In this document: piece by piece, positions 1 to 8,457 of the stretch
Layout: the number at the start of each line of letters is the position of its first letter
Numbering within the stretch: the first letter of the stretch is position 1
Virus record (IMG/VR): IMGVR_UViG_3300046832_000245
Coordinates: 1-33,976 of that record
Direction: 5' to 3' (one strand)
DNA: 33,976 nucleotides
Source: a virus
Taxonomy: Duplodnaviria; Caudoviricetes
Notes under the pieces: generated by a model
What the model was told of the DNA's origin: nothing
Seen by the model: the letters and a program-made list of their open reading frames with translations, nothing else
Databases searched by the model: none
Translations under genes and position numbers: made by a program

Positions 1-2
1 CA

Positions 3-149
3 TCACCACCAACCCGTGAGCCTATAACTGGCAAAGAGATATCAAACGGGTTTAAAGCTGATGATGATGCCACACATCCCTACAGTTATTGGGCAGGTGT
101 TGAATTTGCTGAGAAGCATCACGGCATTGGAGGTGGATGCGATGAGTAG
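3..149 (+). CDS. C-terminal fragment of a phage protein ending REPIT...AEKHHGIGGGCDE (5' truncated by window edge)
   Basis: Manual translation from base 3: SPPTREPITGKEISNGFKADDDATHPYSYWAGVEFAEKHHGIGGGCDE*. Similar to the C-terminal part of the ORF at 33547-33976. Confidence 0.75.
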   Translation, partial: SPPTREPITGKEISNGFKADDDATHPYSYWAGVEFAEKHHGIGGGCDE

Positions 150-158
150 GGAAAGCAT

Positions 159-458
159 ATGAATATCTATGAAGCTAGATGGAACAATGTTTTGAGCTGG
201 GCAAAGAAAGTCAAGGAATATTACGATACTGGCAAGTATATGATTAAATGGGATTGGGATTTTTATCCCAATGAATTTGACTTTGTTATCGATGAAGAAA
301 ACAGATTAATTTCCATCGATTCAAAAGATGGAACAACTGGAAATCAGATATACGAATATGATTTAAATTGGGATCACGGCTCTTATACATCTATCACTGA
401 AACCAATAAAATATTATCAGAAATTAATTTATATAGGATGGAAAAGGTGAAGATATGA
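159..458 (+). CDS. Hypothetical protein (99 aa)
   Basis: ORF track; purine-rich stretch upstream; co-oriented with neighbours. Confidence 0.75.
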   Translation: MNIYEARWNNVLSWAKKVKEYYDTGKYMIKWDWDFYPNEFDFVIDEENRLISIDSKDGTTGNQIYEYDLNWDHGSYTSITETNKILSEINLYRMEKVKI

Positions 459-497
459 CCGAACAAGGGGCGTTAAAAGCAAAACAGATGAGGCTAT

Positions 498-731
498 ATG
501 ATATTTGAAGAAGAACCAACGCTAAAAGAATTTTCCGATAAATTTAATGAGTATGTAAATGACCTCATGACGACTGACGGAAATATAGCAAGTCATACCT
601 TTCCTGCCGCAATCTATTTTGAAGTGGAGGGTTCAGATCATCAATATTCTATAAAAGAATTGGAATTAGGTTATATGGGTGGGTGTGGTTGTCCACAGAG
701 TATTACCATCGTTATTAAGCAGGATTACTAA
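498..731 (+). CDS. Hypothetical acidic protein (77 aa, GCGCP motif)
   Basis: ORF track; GAGG upstream; abuts the next gene. Confidence 0.75.
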   Translation: MIFEEEPTLKEFSDKFNEYVNDLMTTDGNIASHTFPAAIYFEVEGSDHQYSIKELELGYMGGCGCPQSITIVIKQDY

Positions 732-965
732 ATGATGGGTTTATTTAATAAAAATGCTGAGGCATACAAATTGGACTTAAAAGACATTGTGAAAAAGCAA
801 GAAGAAGAAACAGCGTCCTATTACATGGGAGCTGGTGCTAACGGATCAATAAAATTCCTCATCAATACAAAAATTGGCGTAACTGAACTGATATTTACTA
901 GAGAGAAAGCCAAATTTTTAGTCGAGCAGTTTCAGTTTTATATGGGGGAATATGATGAAAAGTGA
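732..965 (+). CDS. Hypothetical protein (77 aa)
   Basis: ORF track; AGGA upstream; starts directly after the previous stop. Confidence 0.75.
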   Translation: MMGLFNKNAEAYKLDLKDIVKKQEEETASYYMGAGANGSIKFLINTKIGVTELIFTREKAKFLVEQFQFYMGEYDEK

Positions 966-1098
966 AAAAGAAATAGAAGAATACATAAATTCATTAAGAT
1001 CATCAACCGTTAGTGAGGAATACTATTCTGAAGAATGGGAAGAAGGTTTTGAAGATGGTGTACGATGGTTAGAAAAACAACTGGAGAATAAACAATGA
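952..1098 (+). CDS. Small acidic hypothetical protein (48 aa)
   Basis: Manual translation MMKSEKEIEEYINSLRSSTVSEEYYSEEWEEGFEDGVRWLEKQLENKQ*; GGGGG upstream; ATGA overlap with the next ORF. Confidence 0.65.
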   Translation: MMKSEKEIEEYINSLRSSTVSEEYYSEEWEEGFEDGVRWLEKQLENKQ

Positions 1099-1193
1099 GT
1101 AAAGGTAGCAAACAAAGACCAACAGATCAAAAAAAGTACAACGACAATTGGGAACAAATATTCGGTAAAAACAAAAAAGAGGAAAAGAAATGA
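1095..1193 (+). CDS. Small basic phage protein (32 aa)
   Basis: Manual translation MSKGSKQRPTDQKKYNDNWEQIFGKNKKEEKK*; GGAG upstream; ATGA overlaps on both sides. Resembles a recurrent small phage ORF type (from memory). Confidence 0.7.
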   Translation: MSKGSKQRPTDQKKYNDNWEQIFGKNKKEEKK

Positions 1194-1531
1194 ACTTTTA
1201 TAATTGTGAAGAAACTGAAACTAAACTTTATAAATCTAAATCAATAAATGTAGTTTTAATGGTGTTGTTAATAATATCATTAATGTTTAATTTTAAAGAT
1301 GCATTTGCAGTTGGCTTATATGCAAAAGATGGAACTTATCTCGGTGAGATGACATCTAATCCTTACGATGCCAATTCAATTAATAATCCGTATGGCAAAT
1401 ATGGCTCACCATACTCGCCTTCTAGCATTAAGAACCCATATAGCAAATATGGATCACCGTATAGCACAGAAAGTGTAAATAATCCTTATCTTACGCCAAC
1501 AGCAGAGCAGCTTCCTTCTGTCTACGAATAG
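1190..1531 (+). CDS. Exported or membrane protein with NPYxKYGSPYS repeats
   Basis: Hydrophobic segment VVLMVLLIISLMF followed by AFA, then about 2.5 copies of a 16-aa repeat; GAGG upstream. Confidence 0.75.
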   Translation: MNFYNCEETETKLYKSKSINVVLMVLLIISLMFNFKDAFAVGLYAKDGTYLGEMTSNPYDANSINNPYGKYGSPYSPSSIKNPYSKYGSPYSTESVNNPYLTPTAEQLPSVYE

Positions 1532-1922
1532 TAAGACCTTTCAAAACTTTACCAGCAGCTTTATTCCATTTTTTAATTTCAGATGAGGCTGCTATCCAAT
1601 CTCCAGCATCAACTTTCTTTTTTAATGTTGATGATGAATAATTACCAATACCTAAATTATAGATAAAATCTGCTATTGCAGCTTGTTTCTCCATATTAGC
1701 ATCTGCTAGTATTGGTGAAGCTTTAATCGCTCTGTTAAGCACTTCTAATGCCGTTTTAATTAAGTCTTCATCAGCTTGTTGTTGTGTCCATACCATTCCT
1801 TCTTTTATTCCTTTGGTTTGTCCATAACCTATAGTCCAAACACCAGCAGGGCATTTATAGGATTTTAAAGAACAACCTTCTGATTCTTTAATAAGCTTCA
1901 TTAATATTTCTAATGCACTCAT
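1491..1922 (-). CDS. Endolysin, GH24 phage lysozyme
   Basis: EG...YKCPAGVWTIGYGQT gives an E15-x8-C24-x5-T30 triad; FIYNLG and GLTIRRQKE motifs typical of GH24. Confidence 0.95.
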   Translation of the reverse strand: MSALEILMKLIKESEGCSLKSYKCPAGVWTIGYGQTKGIKEGMVWTQQQADEDLIKTALEVLNRAIKASPILADANMEKQAAIADFIYNLGIGNYSSSTLKKKVDAGDWIAASSEIKKWNKAAGKVLKGLTIRRQKEAALLLA

Positions 1923-2152
1923 TAGCCACCTTTGCCAAATATATAAGCTATAACCGCAAAGATAGCGCCGACAGAAAATACCACACCGCCAAAAAAACCT
2001 TTATTGTTTGCTGATTCTTTTTTAAGTTCATCTAAAATCATAAATATTCTATCTGATCTTCTTCTTGAGTCTTCAAGCTCTTTGTGAAGCTCTTGCGTAA
2101 GTCCTTCAATTTTTTGTTCCACTTTTGCAACTCTACAATTAAGGTCTGTCAC
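1922..2152 (-). CDS. Lysis-cassette membrane protein (coiled coil plus C-terminal TM; holin/antiholin-like)
   Basis: N-terminal heptad-like charged helix, C-terminal GFFGGVVFSVGAIFAVIAYIF; coupled to the endolysin start. Confidence 0.65.
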   Translation of the reverse strand: MTDLNCRVAKVEQKIEGLTQELHKELEDSRRRSDRIFMILDELKKESANNKGFFGGVVFSVGAIFAVIAYIFGKGG

Positions 2153-2615
2153 GATTTAATCCTTTTATAAAATTTTGGCATAATATAGCATATGTTGCTA
2201 CTTGATCTGCTCTGTATGCTTCTGACTTGAGAAATCCTGCAAGTTCTTCTGAAAGTTCGCTTCCATTTTCATCTGATCTAGTAATTTCTGTGGTATCACC
2301 AGTTTTGGCTGTGGTGCAACCACCACTTTTCCTGCCGTTGTCGTACATGCGCTGAGACTTAAAAGAATCACGCTGACTATTAATAGCATTGATCGCTGAT
2401 ACATTTGCGTCCTCTAGTTCTTTATTAAGCTGTATAGCCTTTATATTGGCTTTATTTGCTTCTTCAGTAAGAATTGCAAGTTGAAGTTCTGCTTCTTTAT
2501 TCATACTTGCAATACTGTCCGACATCTCAATGATTTCAGCCTTGTCTATCTTATGAGAAATAAAATATCCAGAGCTAAAACCAACAGCAAAAACAATAGC
2601 TAATAAATATGGCAT
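2139..2615 (-). CDS. Rz: Inner-membrane spanin (Rz-like)
   Basis: N-terminal TM, long coiled coil, C-terminal AYRAD...LCQ; contains an embedded lipoprotein ORF; located in the lysis cassette. Confidence 0.85.
   Translation of the reverse strand: MPYLLAIVFAVGFSSGYFISHKIDKAEIIEMSDSIASMNKEAELQLAILTEEANKANIKAIQLNKELEDANVSAINAINSQRDSFKSQRMYDNGRKSGGCTTAKTGDTTEITRSDENGSELSEELAGFLKSEAYRADQVATYAILCQNFIKGLNRDRP
2198..2404 (-). CDS. Rz1: Outer-membrane spanin lipoprotein (Rz1-like), embedded in Rz in another frame
   Basis: Signal peptide with lipobox LSAC followed by a Pro-containing segment; lies entirely within the Rz-like gene. Confidence 0.85.
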   Translation of the reverse strand: MYQRSMLLIVSVILLSLSACTTTAGKVVVAPQPKLVIPQKLLDQMKMEANFQKNLQDFSSQKHTEQIK

Positions 2616-2776
2616 TAGTCTTTCAACATAACGCCAAGACCGCCTGCAACTCCACCTGCTAATAATAGAAGTTGATCTACTGGCTTATCTAAAAATATAA
2701 GCACAGAACCTATAATTGCTGTAACAACCCAGATTAAACCACGTTTAGTTGATGCTTCTGACCAATCTATTTTCAT
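2615..2776 (-). CDS. Putative holin (53 aa, two hydrophobic segments)
   Basis: Manual translation MKIDWSEASTKRGLIWVVTAIIGSVLIFLDKPVDQLLLLAGGVAGGLGVMLKD*; overlaps both neighbours (ATGA, TAATG). Confidence 0.75.
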   Translation of the reverse strand: MKIDWSEASTKRGLIWVVTAIIGSVLIFLDKPVDQLLLLAGGVAGGLGVMLKD

Positions 2777-4911
2777 CTTGATACACCCATACCAAGTAAG
2801 CCGCCCATCACAGGAAGCGCTTGTTTAATGCTATTAGATAATGAATATTGCTCTGGAAACATCATCTTTGATGTTGGAACTTCTGCTTGTAATGCGTTTG
2901 CACCTGCTTTATATCTTGAGCCGAGATCAAATGCTCCTTTTGCTATTGAAGCGCCAGGTATTGATCCAAGCATCTTTCCTATTGCTGGTGCATTTTGCAT
3001 TAACATAACTCCAGTATTAGAAGCATTAACTGTACTTGCAGCAGGTGGTTTATTAATATAAGCGCCAACCTTTGCCATGCTATACAGCTTTTCTATTTCA
3101 TCTGTATTATAAAATGCTGATAATTTTTCAGTACCAAACTTATCTAATGCTTTCTTAAATGCATCAGGTCTAAATTCAGCATCACCAGCAGGATTAACTC
3201 CAAGTGCTGCATCTTCTAAATGTTGACCAACTTGCGCTTTAGCTTGTTGAAATGCATCAGGAGCTTTATCTTGCAAGAAAGCCGTTAATCCTTTTACTTG
3301 ATCTGTGTCGCTGTTTGATAATATGTGTTTCTTAACAAAAGTATCATTGACAGCGTTATTATTAACAACATCATCAAGAGCTGGTATCCTTCTTAATGTT
3401 GCAAAATGATCTGCTGCTGCTTTTCTTGCAGTATCAAATAATGCTTTTGTATCTTGACCAGAGCCTTCAACAATATCTGCATTGTTTAAAGCATCACGAA
3501 CATGGCTAATTGCTAATGCTGCGTTCTTATTGCCTGCTGCATTTGCTGTTCTTTGTGCGTTACTAAACACCGTATCAGCTTGAACTAAATTATTAACATT
3601 TAATGGAATCTTACCAGATGATATGTCATTCAACATGTTTCTAATGTCATTAGGTAACTGACCACCAAGCATTTCTTGATCTAGCTTATCATTAGCCATT
3701 TGGCTAAACTGTTGCGTATTAACTTGAGCATAGCGACCTTCAGAATTTCTTGCTGCTTTGTACAAGTTATCAATAACAGCCTTTTGCTCATTATGATATT
3801 GCTCTAATGGTGACATTATAGATTTACCAGCAGCATAAGGCTCTTGAGATCCAGATGATAGTTCATCTAATAAACCACGCATCTTTTGACCTTGCTCAAC
3901 AAAACGATTACTTATTGATGGAATAAGACCACGCAAGTTTCTTTCTTGTGAGAACTGCTCAGGAGTTCTTGTAATCTGACCTAGTGTTGGTTTTATACCT
4001 AAATTTTCAAATTCTGTTTTTCTTACTAATGCAGCAGCATCTGGTTTAACACCAGTTTTTATGGAACTCATTATTGATGATTTTAAACCAGATAATGTTT
4101 CTGGTGACATTCCAGTTATATCAATTCCGCTATCTTGTATTGTTTTTAAGATTGCTTCATCTGTCATTTCATTAGCAGTTCTTTGTACAACTTCTTCTGA
4201 TGCAGGTTTTAGCAATCTTGCAAATGGTGCTGCTAATGGCTTTAATACCTTACCAACTAAAACACCACCTGCCCCACCAGCATACCCTTCTAATCCTGAT
4301 ATTGAGCGTTGATTTGCATTGCCTGGTGTTGTTAAATAGTTTTGTAATCCTCCTAACAATGCAGCACCTCCAACAGTGGCACTTGCTTCTGGTGCAACCA
4401 TAGCTGCTGGAAGTGCATTGATTACATTACCTGTAAACTCACCAACCTTTGAACTTGTTGGAGCATTTTTCATCCACTCTTGTTCTGCTGCAACTTGTTC
4501 TCGTTGATTTTTTAACCATTGTGCATCTTTAGTAAATGGCAAAAGTTCATTAAGACCAAGCATTGCTTTATTACCAGTGGCTTCAATACCTCTCGCAAAG
4601 TTAAGCAATGGACTGTCTGTATTCTGTGGTTCAGGTTGACTAGCTTGGATAATCTTATCTTTTGTACCGCTAAAAGAACCTTTAGCAACTTGACGATCAA
4701 GTTCTGCTTGCAGTGCATCAGCGTTTTGTATATCACCACTCTTACGCAACTTATCTATCTCAGCAGTCAATTGATCTGGTGTTGAGAATGTTGACTGTAA
4801 TGTTGGAGCTAATGAATCTATTTTTTTGTAGATCCTTAATGCTAGGTCTTTATCACCAAGCTGATAAGCACGTTCAGCATCTGCTTTTAATTCTTCAATA
4901 TTATCCATCAT
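2773..4911 (-). CDS. Large internal virion / DNA ejection protein (712 aa)
   Basis: Helical Ala/Gln-rich protein with Gly/Ala hydrophobic segments; last of the ejection-type cluster. Assignment by composition and position. Confidence 0.65.
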   Translation of the reverse strand: MMDNIEELKADAERAYQLGDKDLALRIYKKIDSLAPTLQSTFSTPDQLTAEIDKLRKSGDIQNADALQAELDRQVAKGSFSGTKDKIIQASQPEPQNTDSPLLNFARGIEATGNKAMLGLNELLPFTKDAQWLKNQREQVAAEQEWMKNAPTSSKVGEFTGNVINALPAAMVAPEASATVGGAALLGGLQNYLTTPGNANQRSISGLEGYAGGAGGVLVGKVLKPLAAPFARLLKPASEEVVQRTANEMTDEAILKTIQDSGIDITGMSPETLSGLKSSIMSSIKTGVKPDAAALVRKTEFENLGIKPTLGQITRTPEQFSQERNLRGLIPSISNRFVEQGQKMRGLLDELSSGSQEPYAAGKSIMSPLEQYHNEQKAVIDNLYKAARNSEGRYAQVNTQQFSQMANDKLDQEMLGGQLPNDIRNMLNDISSGKIPLNVNNLVQADTVFSNAQRTANAAGNKNAALAISHVRDALNNADIVEGSGQDTKALFDTARKAAADHFATLRRIPALDDVVNNNAVNDTFVKKHILSNSDTDQVKGLTAFLQDKAPDAFQQAKAQVGQHLEDAALGVNPAGDAEFRPDAFKKALDKFGTEKLSAFYNTDEIEKLYSMAKVGAYINKPPAASTVNASNTGVMLMQNAPAIGKMLGSIPGASIAKGAFDLGSRYKAGANALQAEVPTSKMMFPEQYSLSNSIKQALPVMGGLLGMGVSR

Positions 4912-5987
4912 TAACCACCATGTTTTTTGCGTAATGCTTCTAACTCAGACCCTGGAGATAATGGTAATTCACCTTTATATCCGTAATCTTTTATGTATGT
5001 TTTACGACGCTCATTATTAATATCAAGAACTTGTTTTTTTAATGCTTCAAGCTTTTGTTTTGCAATTGGTGCTTCATCTTTTGATGAAGGTAAAAATGGT
5101 TTTAGCTTTTCATCTTCCTGTATTGATACAGCAGCACCACTTAAGTCATGTCTTTTTTGAGAAGCAATTTCAGAAGCAGCACCTCTTGCAGAAACACCTT
5201 CTGGATCGTATCGTTGCATAATTGCATCAGGCAAATAGTTTTGCAATCCAAATGATTCTGGGTTTTTATCTATCTCAGCAATTGCATTATCTATTTTATT
5301 AATTAATGCATTATTGGCAACTTGTGCTTCAAATTGTTTTTCTGGTATTGGTCTATATTTAGCAGCTTCTTCTTTTAATATGTCTTGCTCTTCTTTTCTT
5401 ACCGCTCTATCTGCTGCTTCTTGCGCTCTATTTTCTGCATTTTGTTGTATTGGCGTTAAATACTGAGATTTTGCAAGATTAGCTTGATACATATTAGTAA
5501 TATCTGGACTACCAGGAATACTAACAGGAACAGGAACTAATGCGCCATTTGGTCCATACATCCAGCCAGAAGGAGCATCAGCTCCCTTGCTTGCTTGTTT
5601 GATAAGATCAAAAGCTTTTTCAGTCAATCCTAATTCACCAAGTTTTGATGCAAGTTCTTTTGGTGGCAATGACCAATCAACAGTCTTTAGTTTTTCCTGA
5701 GCAATAGCTTCTTGCTCTAATTTTTTTTTCTTAAGTTCTGCTTCCTGCATCTGAACCTGTCGTAAGATATCAGTTTGTTGGTTTTCTAGTTGACTTTGGT
5801 TGTATGCAACTCCTTGACCTACACCAGTATTAAATCCTTGTAATCCTTGTCCAAGTACGCTTCCTAATGAAACTCCTCTTGGTTGATTATTAGATGCTTG
5901 TAACATGCTTGCTCCAGCATTTAATAACCCTAAACTCATAGGAGTAGGTTTAAATTCAATATTTGACAAAGAGTCTAGTAAGCCCAT
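4911..5987 (-). CDS. Internal virion / DNA ejection protein (358 aa)
   Basis: N-terminal MGLLD...LGLLNAGASML...LGQGLQGF followed by coiled coils; position in the cluster. Confidence 0.65.
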   Translation of the reverse strand: MGLLDSLSNIEFKPTPMSLGLLNAGASMLQASNNQPRGVSLGSVLGQGLQGFNTGVGQGVAYNQSQLENQQTDILRQVQMQEAELKKKKLEQEAIAQEKLKTVDWSLPPKELASKLGELGLTEKAFDLIKQASKGADAPSGWMYGPNGALVPVPVSIPGSPDITNMYQANLAKSQYLTPIQQNAENRAQEAADRAVRKEEQDILKEEAAKYRPIPEKQFEAQVANNALINKIDNAIAEIDKNPESFGLQNYLPDAIMQRYDPEGVSARGAASEIASQKRHDLSGAAVSIQEDEKLKPFLPSSKDEAPIAKQKLEALKKQVLDINNERRKTYIKDYGYKGELPLSPGSELEALRKKHGG

Positions 5988-5991
5988 GATA

Positions 5992-6660
5992 TTAACCCAT
6001 TCTTTGTAGTGGTGCTGCGCCTTGCATTGTCCGCATACGCATAGATGACAACTGCATCGGAGTAAATTGATTGTTACTTCTTATTGGCATAGGAGCAGGA
6101 GGAGCCATAGATTGTTGCTGTTGTTGATCTTTACCAGCTAATTGACTTCCAAACTCCATAAATTTAGATGCTTTGTTTAAAACATCACCAGAAGGTAATT
6201 TGTTTGCTAATGATGATAATAGACCAGGATTTGCTGATTGATAAGCACCCATGCTTCCTAATGCTGGTGTAGATAATGAGCCAGCAGAACCACCACTTCC
6301 ACCAAGCGCAGAATTTAATGTTCCCATACCAGCAGAACCCATCATAGGTGTTGATAAGCTTCCTGCGCTTCCTATCGATGGAGCTAATGCTGAATTTAAT
6401 GCAGCAGCGCCAGGCTGTGCAATTCCGCCCATATTAGCAATTGCAGAGCCTCCAGCGCCTTCTAAACTAGCAGCTCCACCTAATGCACCACTTCCACCTA
6501 AAGCACCAATAGCAGGACCAACAGCTCCTCCTATTCCTCCCATCAATCCACCCATAAGAGCGCCCTTCCCAGCATTTTTATTAGTTGCAGCGCCTAATCC
6601 AGCTCCAAGCATTGCACTACCTAAGATAGCGCCTGTTGTACCGCCAATTATAAATGTCAT
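5992..6660 (-). CDS. Gly/Ala-rich ejection protein (P22 gp7-like role)
   Basis: Hydrophobic Gly-rich N-terminus, internal GSAGSLSTP repeat, Gln/Pro/Met-rich tail. Confidence 0.65.
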   Translation of the reverse strand: MTFIIGGTTGAILGSAMLGAGLGAATNKNAGKGALMGGLMGGIGGAVGPAIGALGGSGALGGAASLEGAGGSAIANMGGIAQPGAAALNSALAPSIGSAGSLSTPMMGSAGMGTLNSALGGSGGSAGSLSTPALGSMGAYQSANPGLLSSLANKLPSGDVLNKASKFMEFGSQLAGKDQQQQQSMAPPAPMPIRSNNQFTPMQLSSMRMRTMQGAAPLQRMG

Positions 6661-7076
6661 GATATTACCTCAAGTTTTTTAGTTTCATATTCTTCAAATG
6701 TTGCTGATACTAATTGTTCTTCAATATCAGGAACTTCTTTTTTGTCCGTTTTATGAACAGTTATAAATGTTACGTCAGTTACTGCATATCCTATTCGCTT
6801 AATGCCAGGATTATCAATCATTATTGCTGGTGCGGTTATTTCATAAGCATCATCGCCATTAGCAATCTTAATAGTTCCTTGCGCTAAGATTGCTATACTT
6901 TCAAAATTGTGTATCTTTCCAGTCAATACGGTATCAGCAGGAATAAATAGTGAGCGAACATATACGCCATCAATGTGATAATGGCTAACAGGCATTTCAA
7001 CTTGCTCACAAGATAATATAAGCTTTTCAATTTCAATTATCTCTGGCATGTTGCCGTTAAAAACTAAATTACTCAT
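6657..7076 (-). CDS. Cupin-fold (double-stranded beta-helix) protein
   Basis: GVYVRSLFIPADTVLTGKIH...ILAQGTI...APAIMIDNPGIKRIGYAVTDVTFITVH fits the two cupin motifs. Confidence 0.7.
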   Translation of the reverse strand: MSNLVFNGNMPEIIEIEKLILSCEQVEMPVSHYHIDGVYVRSLFIPADTVLTGKIHNFESIAILAQGTIKIANGDDAYEITAPAIMIDNPGIKRIGYAVTDVTFITVHKTDKKEVPDIEEQLVSATFEEYETKKLEVIS

Positions 7077-7077
7077 T

Positions 7078-8457
7078 TTATCCTTTAAACATACTTAACA
7101 AACCAGTTGCTCCAGATAAACCACCTAATATATTTCCCATTGTACTGCTACTTCCACCGCCTCCAGTATTTGTTGCTGTTGATGATCCACCAAGTCCTGA
7201 AGCGCCTCCATAAACACCTTGTTGAATATTTAACATATCTAAGTACCGTTGCATTTGTGTTTTCTCAGCATCAGTTTGAGCGCCATACAAAGCATCTTGA
7301 GCTGAAGTAACATCTGCATAGGTTGCTTTTCCAGTGTTGTAAGCTTGTAGTGCATTGTTAAGATTGTTTTGCGCTTGCTCCATGCTCATTGATCTATTTT
7401 TTAGCCCTAAATCAGCGTTATATTGAGCATTTTGCAGTGAGTTAGTAGCATTAAACTGTCCCATGTTATTTAACGCTTGCATATTAGCTAAATTAACAGC
7501 TTGTTGATTATCAGCATTAAACTGTCTCATATTATTTAATGCTCCAGCATTAAATTTACTAATATCATTTAATGATGAAGCATTAAATTGCTCATTTTGT
7601 GCAGCCTGAGCATTAAGATCGCCTGCTGCTGCCGCCATTCTTTGTTGAGCATTTTCAAAAGCACCGCCATAAAGTTGTGCGCCAGTATCCATTGCTCTTT
7701 GTCCTAAATCCCTAGCGTTAATTCCTAACTGCTGACCTAGTATTCCTTCAGCAATTCCTTGTCTTGATCCGCCATATTGGCCAGATGCAAAAGCATCTTG
7801 TTTAATCTGTGGCAATAAAGTCTGATTAGCATTTTGTAGAGCGTCATTATATCCTTGCATAGCTTGATTAATGCTTGCTTGATTCATCTGTGCTAAATAA
7901 GGATTAGTTGTTGGATCACCTTTTAATATTTGTGATAAAGAACTTGTAGGATCAAGAACGCCTTGTGCTGATCTTGCATTTATTAAGTCACTTAATGTAG
8001 CTTCTGCTTGTGCTGCTTCTGCTTGTGCTGCTTCTGCTTTTGCTGCATCTATATTTGAATAATCAGTATTTCCAACATCACTAAAATTAGTATTATATCT
8101 TCCGCTGGTTAAATCATTTTGTAAGTTTGAACCCAAACCTTGCATATTTTCAATCCCAACATCACGTCCACCTAATGTAGTTTGATAATCGCTTAATAGT
8201 TGTTGTTCTTGTGGACTAAGATTTTTATATTGATTTGCAAAATTAGATGTTTGTTGTAACAATCCTAATGGTCCATTTGCATTTTTATTTAATTTATATA
8301 GCCCAGTTTTTGGATCATAAGTTCCTTTATTCCAGAAACTTTTAGTTGGACCCCACGGAGCAGTATTTGTAGTTGTTGTAGATGGAGAAGAACCTCCACC
8401 TCCTCCGCTAAAATTAAAAGTAATTGGATTTAAAAGTCTATTTAATATTTGTTTCAT
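7078..8457 (-). CDS. DNA pilot / ejection protein (459 aa)
   Basis: SGGGGGSS-TTTT-APW N-terminal motif, NPY and YGGSRQGIAEG motifs, Gln/Asn/Ala-rich 11-residue repeats, hydrophobic Gly-rich C-terminus. Confidence 0.7.
   Translation of the reverse strand: MKQILNRLLNPITFNFSGGGGGSSPSTTTTNTAPWGPTKSFWNKGTYDPKTGLYKLNKNANGPLGLLQQTSNFANQYKNLSPQEQQLLSDYQTTLGGRDVGIENMQGLGSNLQNDLTSGRYNTNFSDVGNTDYSNIDAAKAEAAQAEAAQAEATLSDLINARSAQGVLDPTSSLSQILKGDPTTNPYLAQMNQASINQAMQGYNDALQNANQTLLPQIKQDAFASGQYGGSRQGIAEGILGQQLGINARDLGQRAMDTGAQLYGGAFENAQQRMAAAAGDLNAQAAQNEQFNASSLNDISKFNAGALNNMRQFNADNQQAVNLANMQALNNMGQFNATNSLQNAQYNADLGLKNRSMSMEQAQNNLNNALQAYNTGKATYADVTSAQDALYGAQTDAEKTQMQRYLDMLNIQQGVYGGASGLGGSSTATNTGGGGSSSTMGNILGGLSGATGLLSMFKG
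8000..8046. repeat. 15-bp tandem repeat, about 3 copies (GCTTCTGCTTGTGCT), encoding AKAEAAQAEAAQAEA
   Basis: Read directly from the sequence; third copy has one mismatch. Confidence 0.85.

Noticed and set aside
1-149. Terminal direct repeat matching the window end
   Set aside because: Similarity is limited to short motifs of paralogous genes and is not an exact overlap, so circularity is not proven.
455-508. 17-aa ORF MTEQGALKAKQMRLYDI
   Set aside because: Coupled to the upstream stop but too short and featureless to support; possibly a remnant.
2828-6682. Plus-strand and off-frame track ORFs within the ejection genes (e.g. 2828-3061, 4061-4312, 6251-6682)
   Set aside because: Antisense or alternate-frame shadows of long coupled minus-strand genes, with no recognisable motifs.
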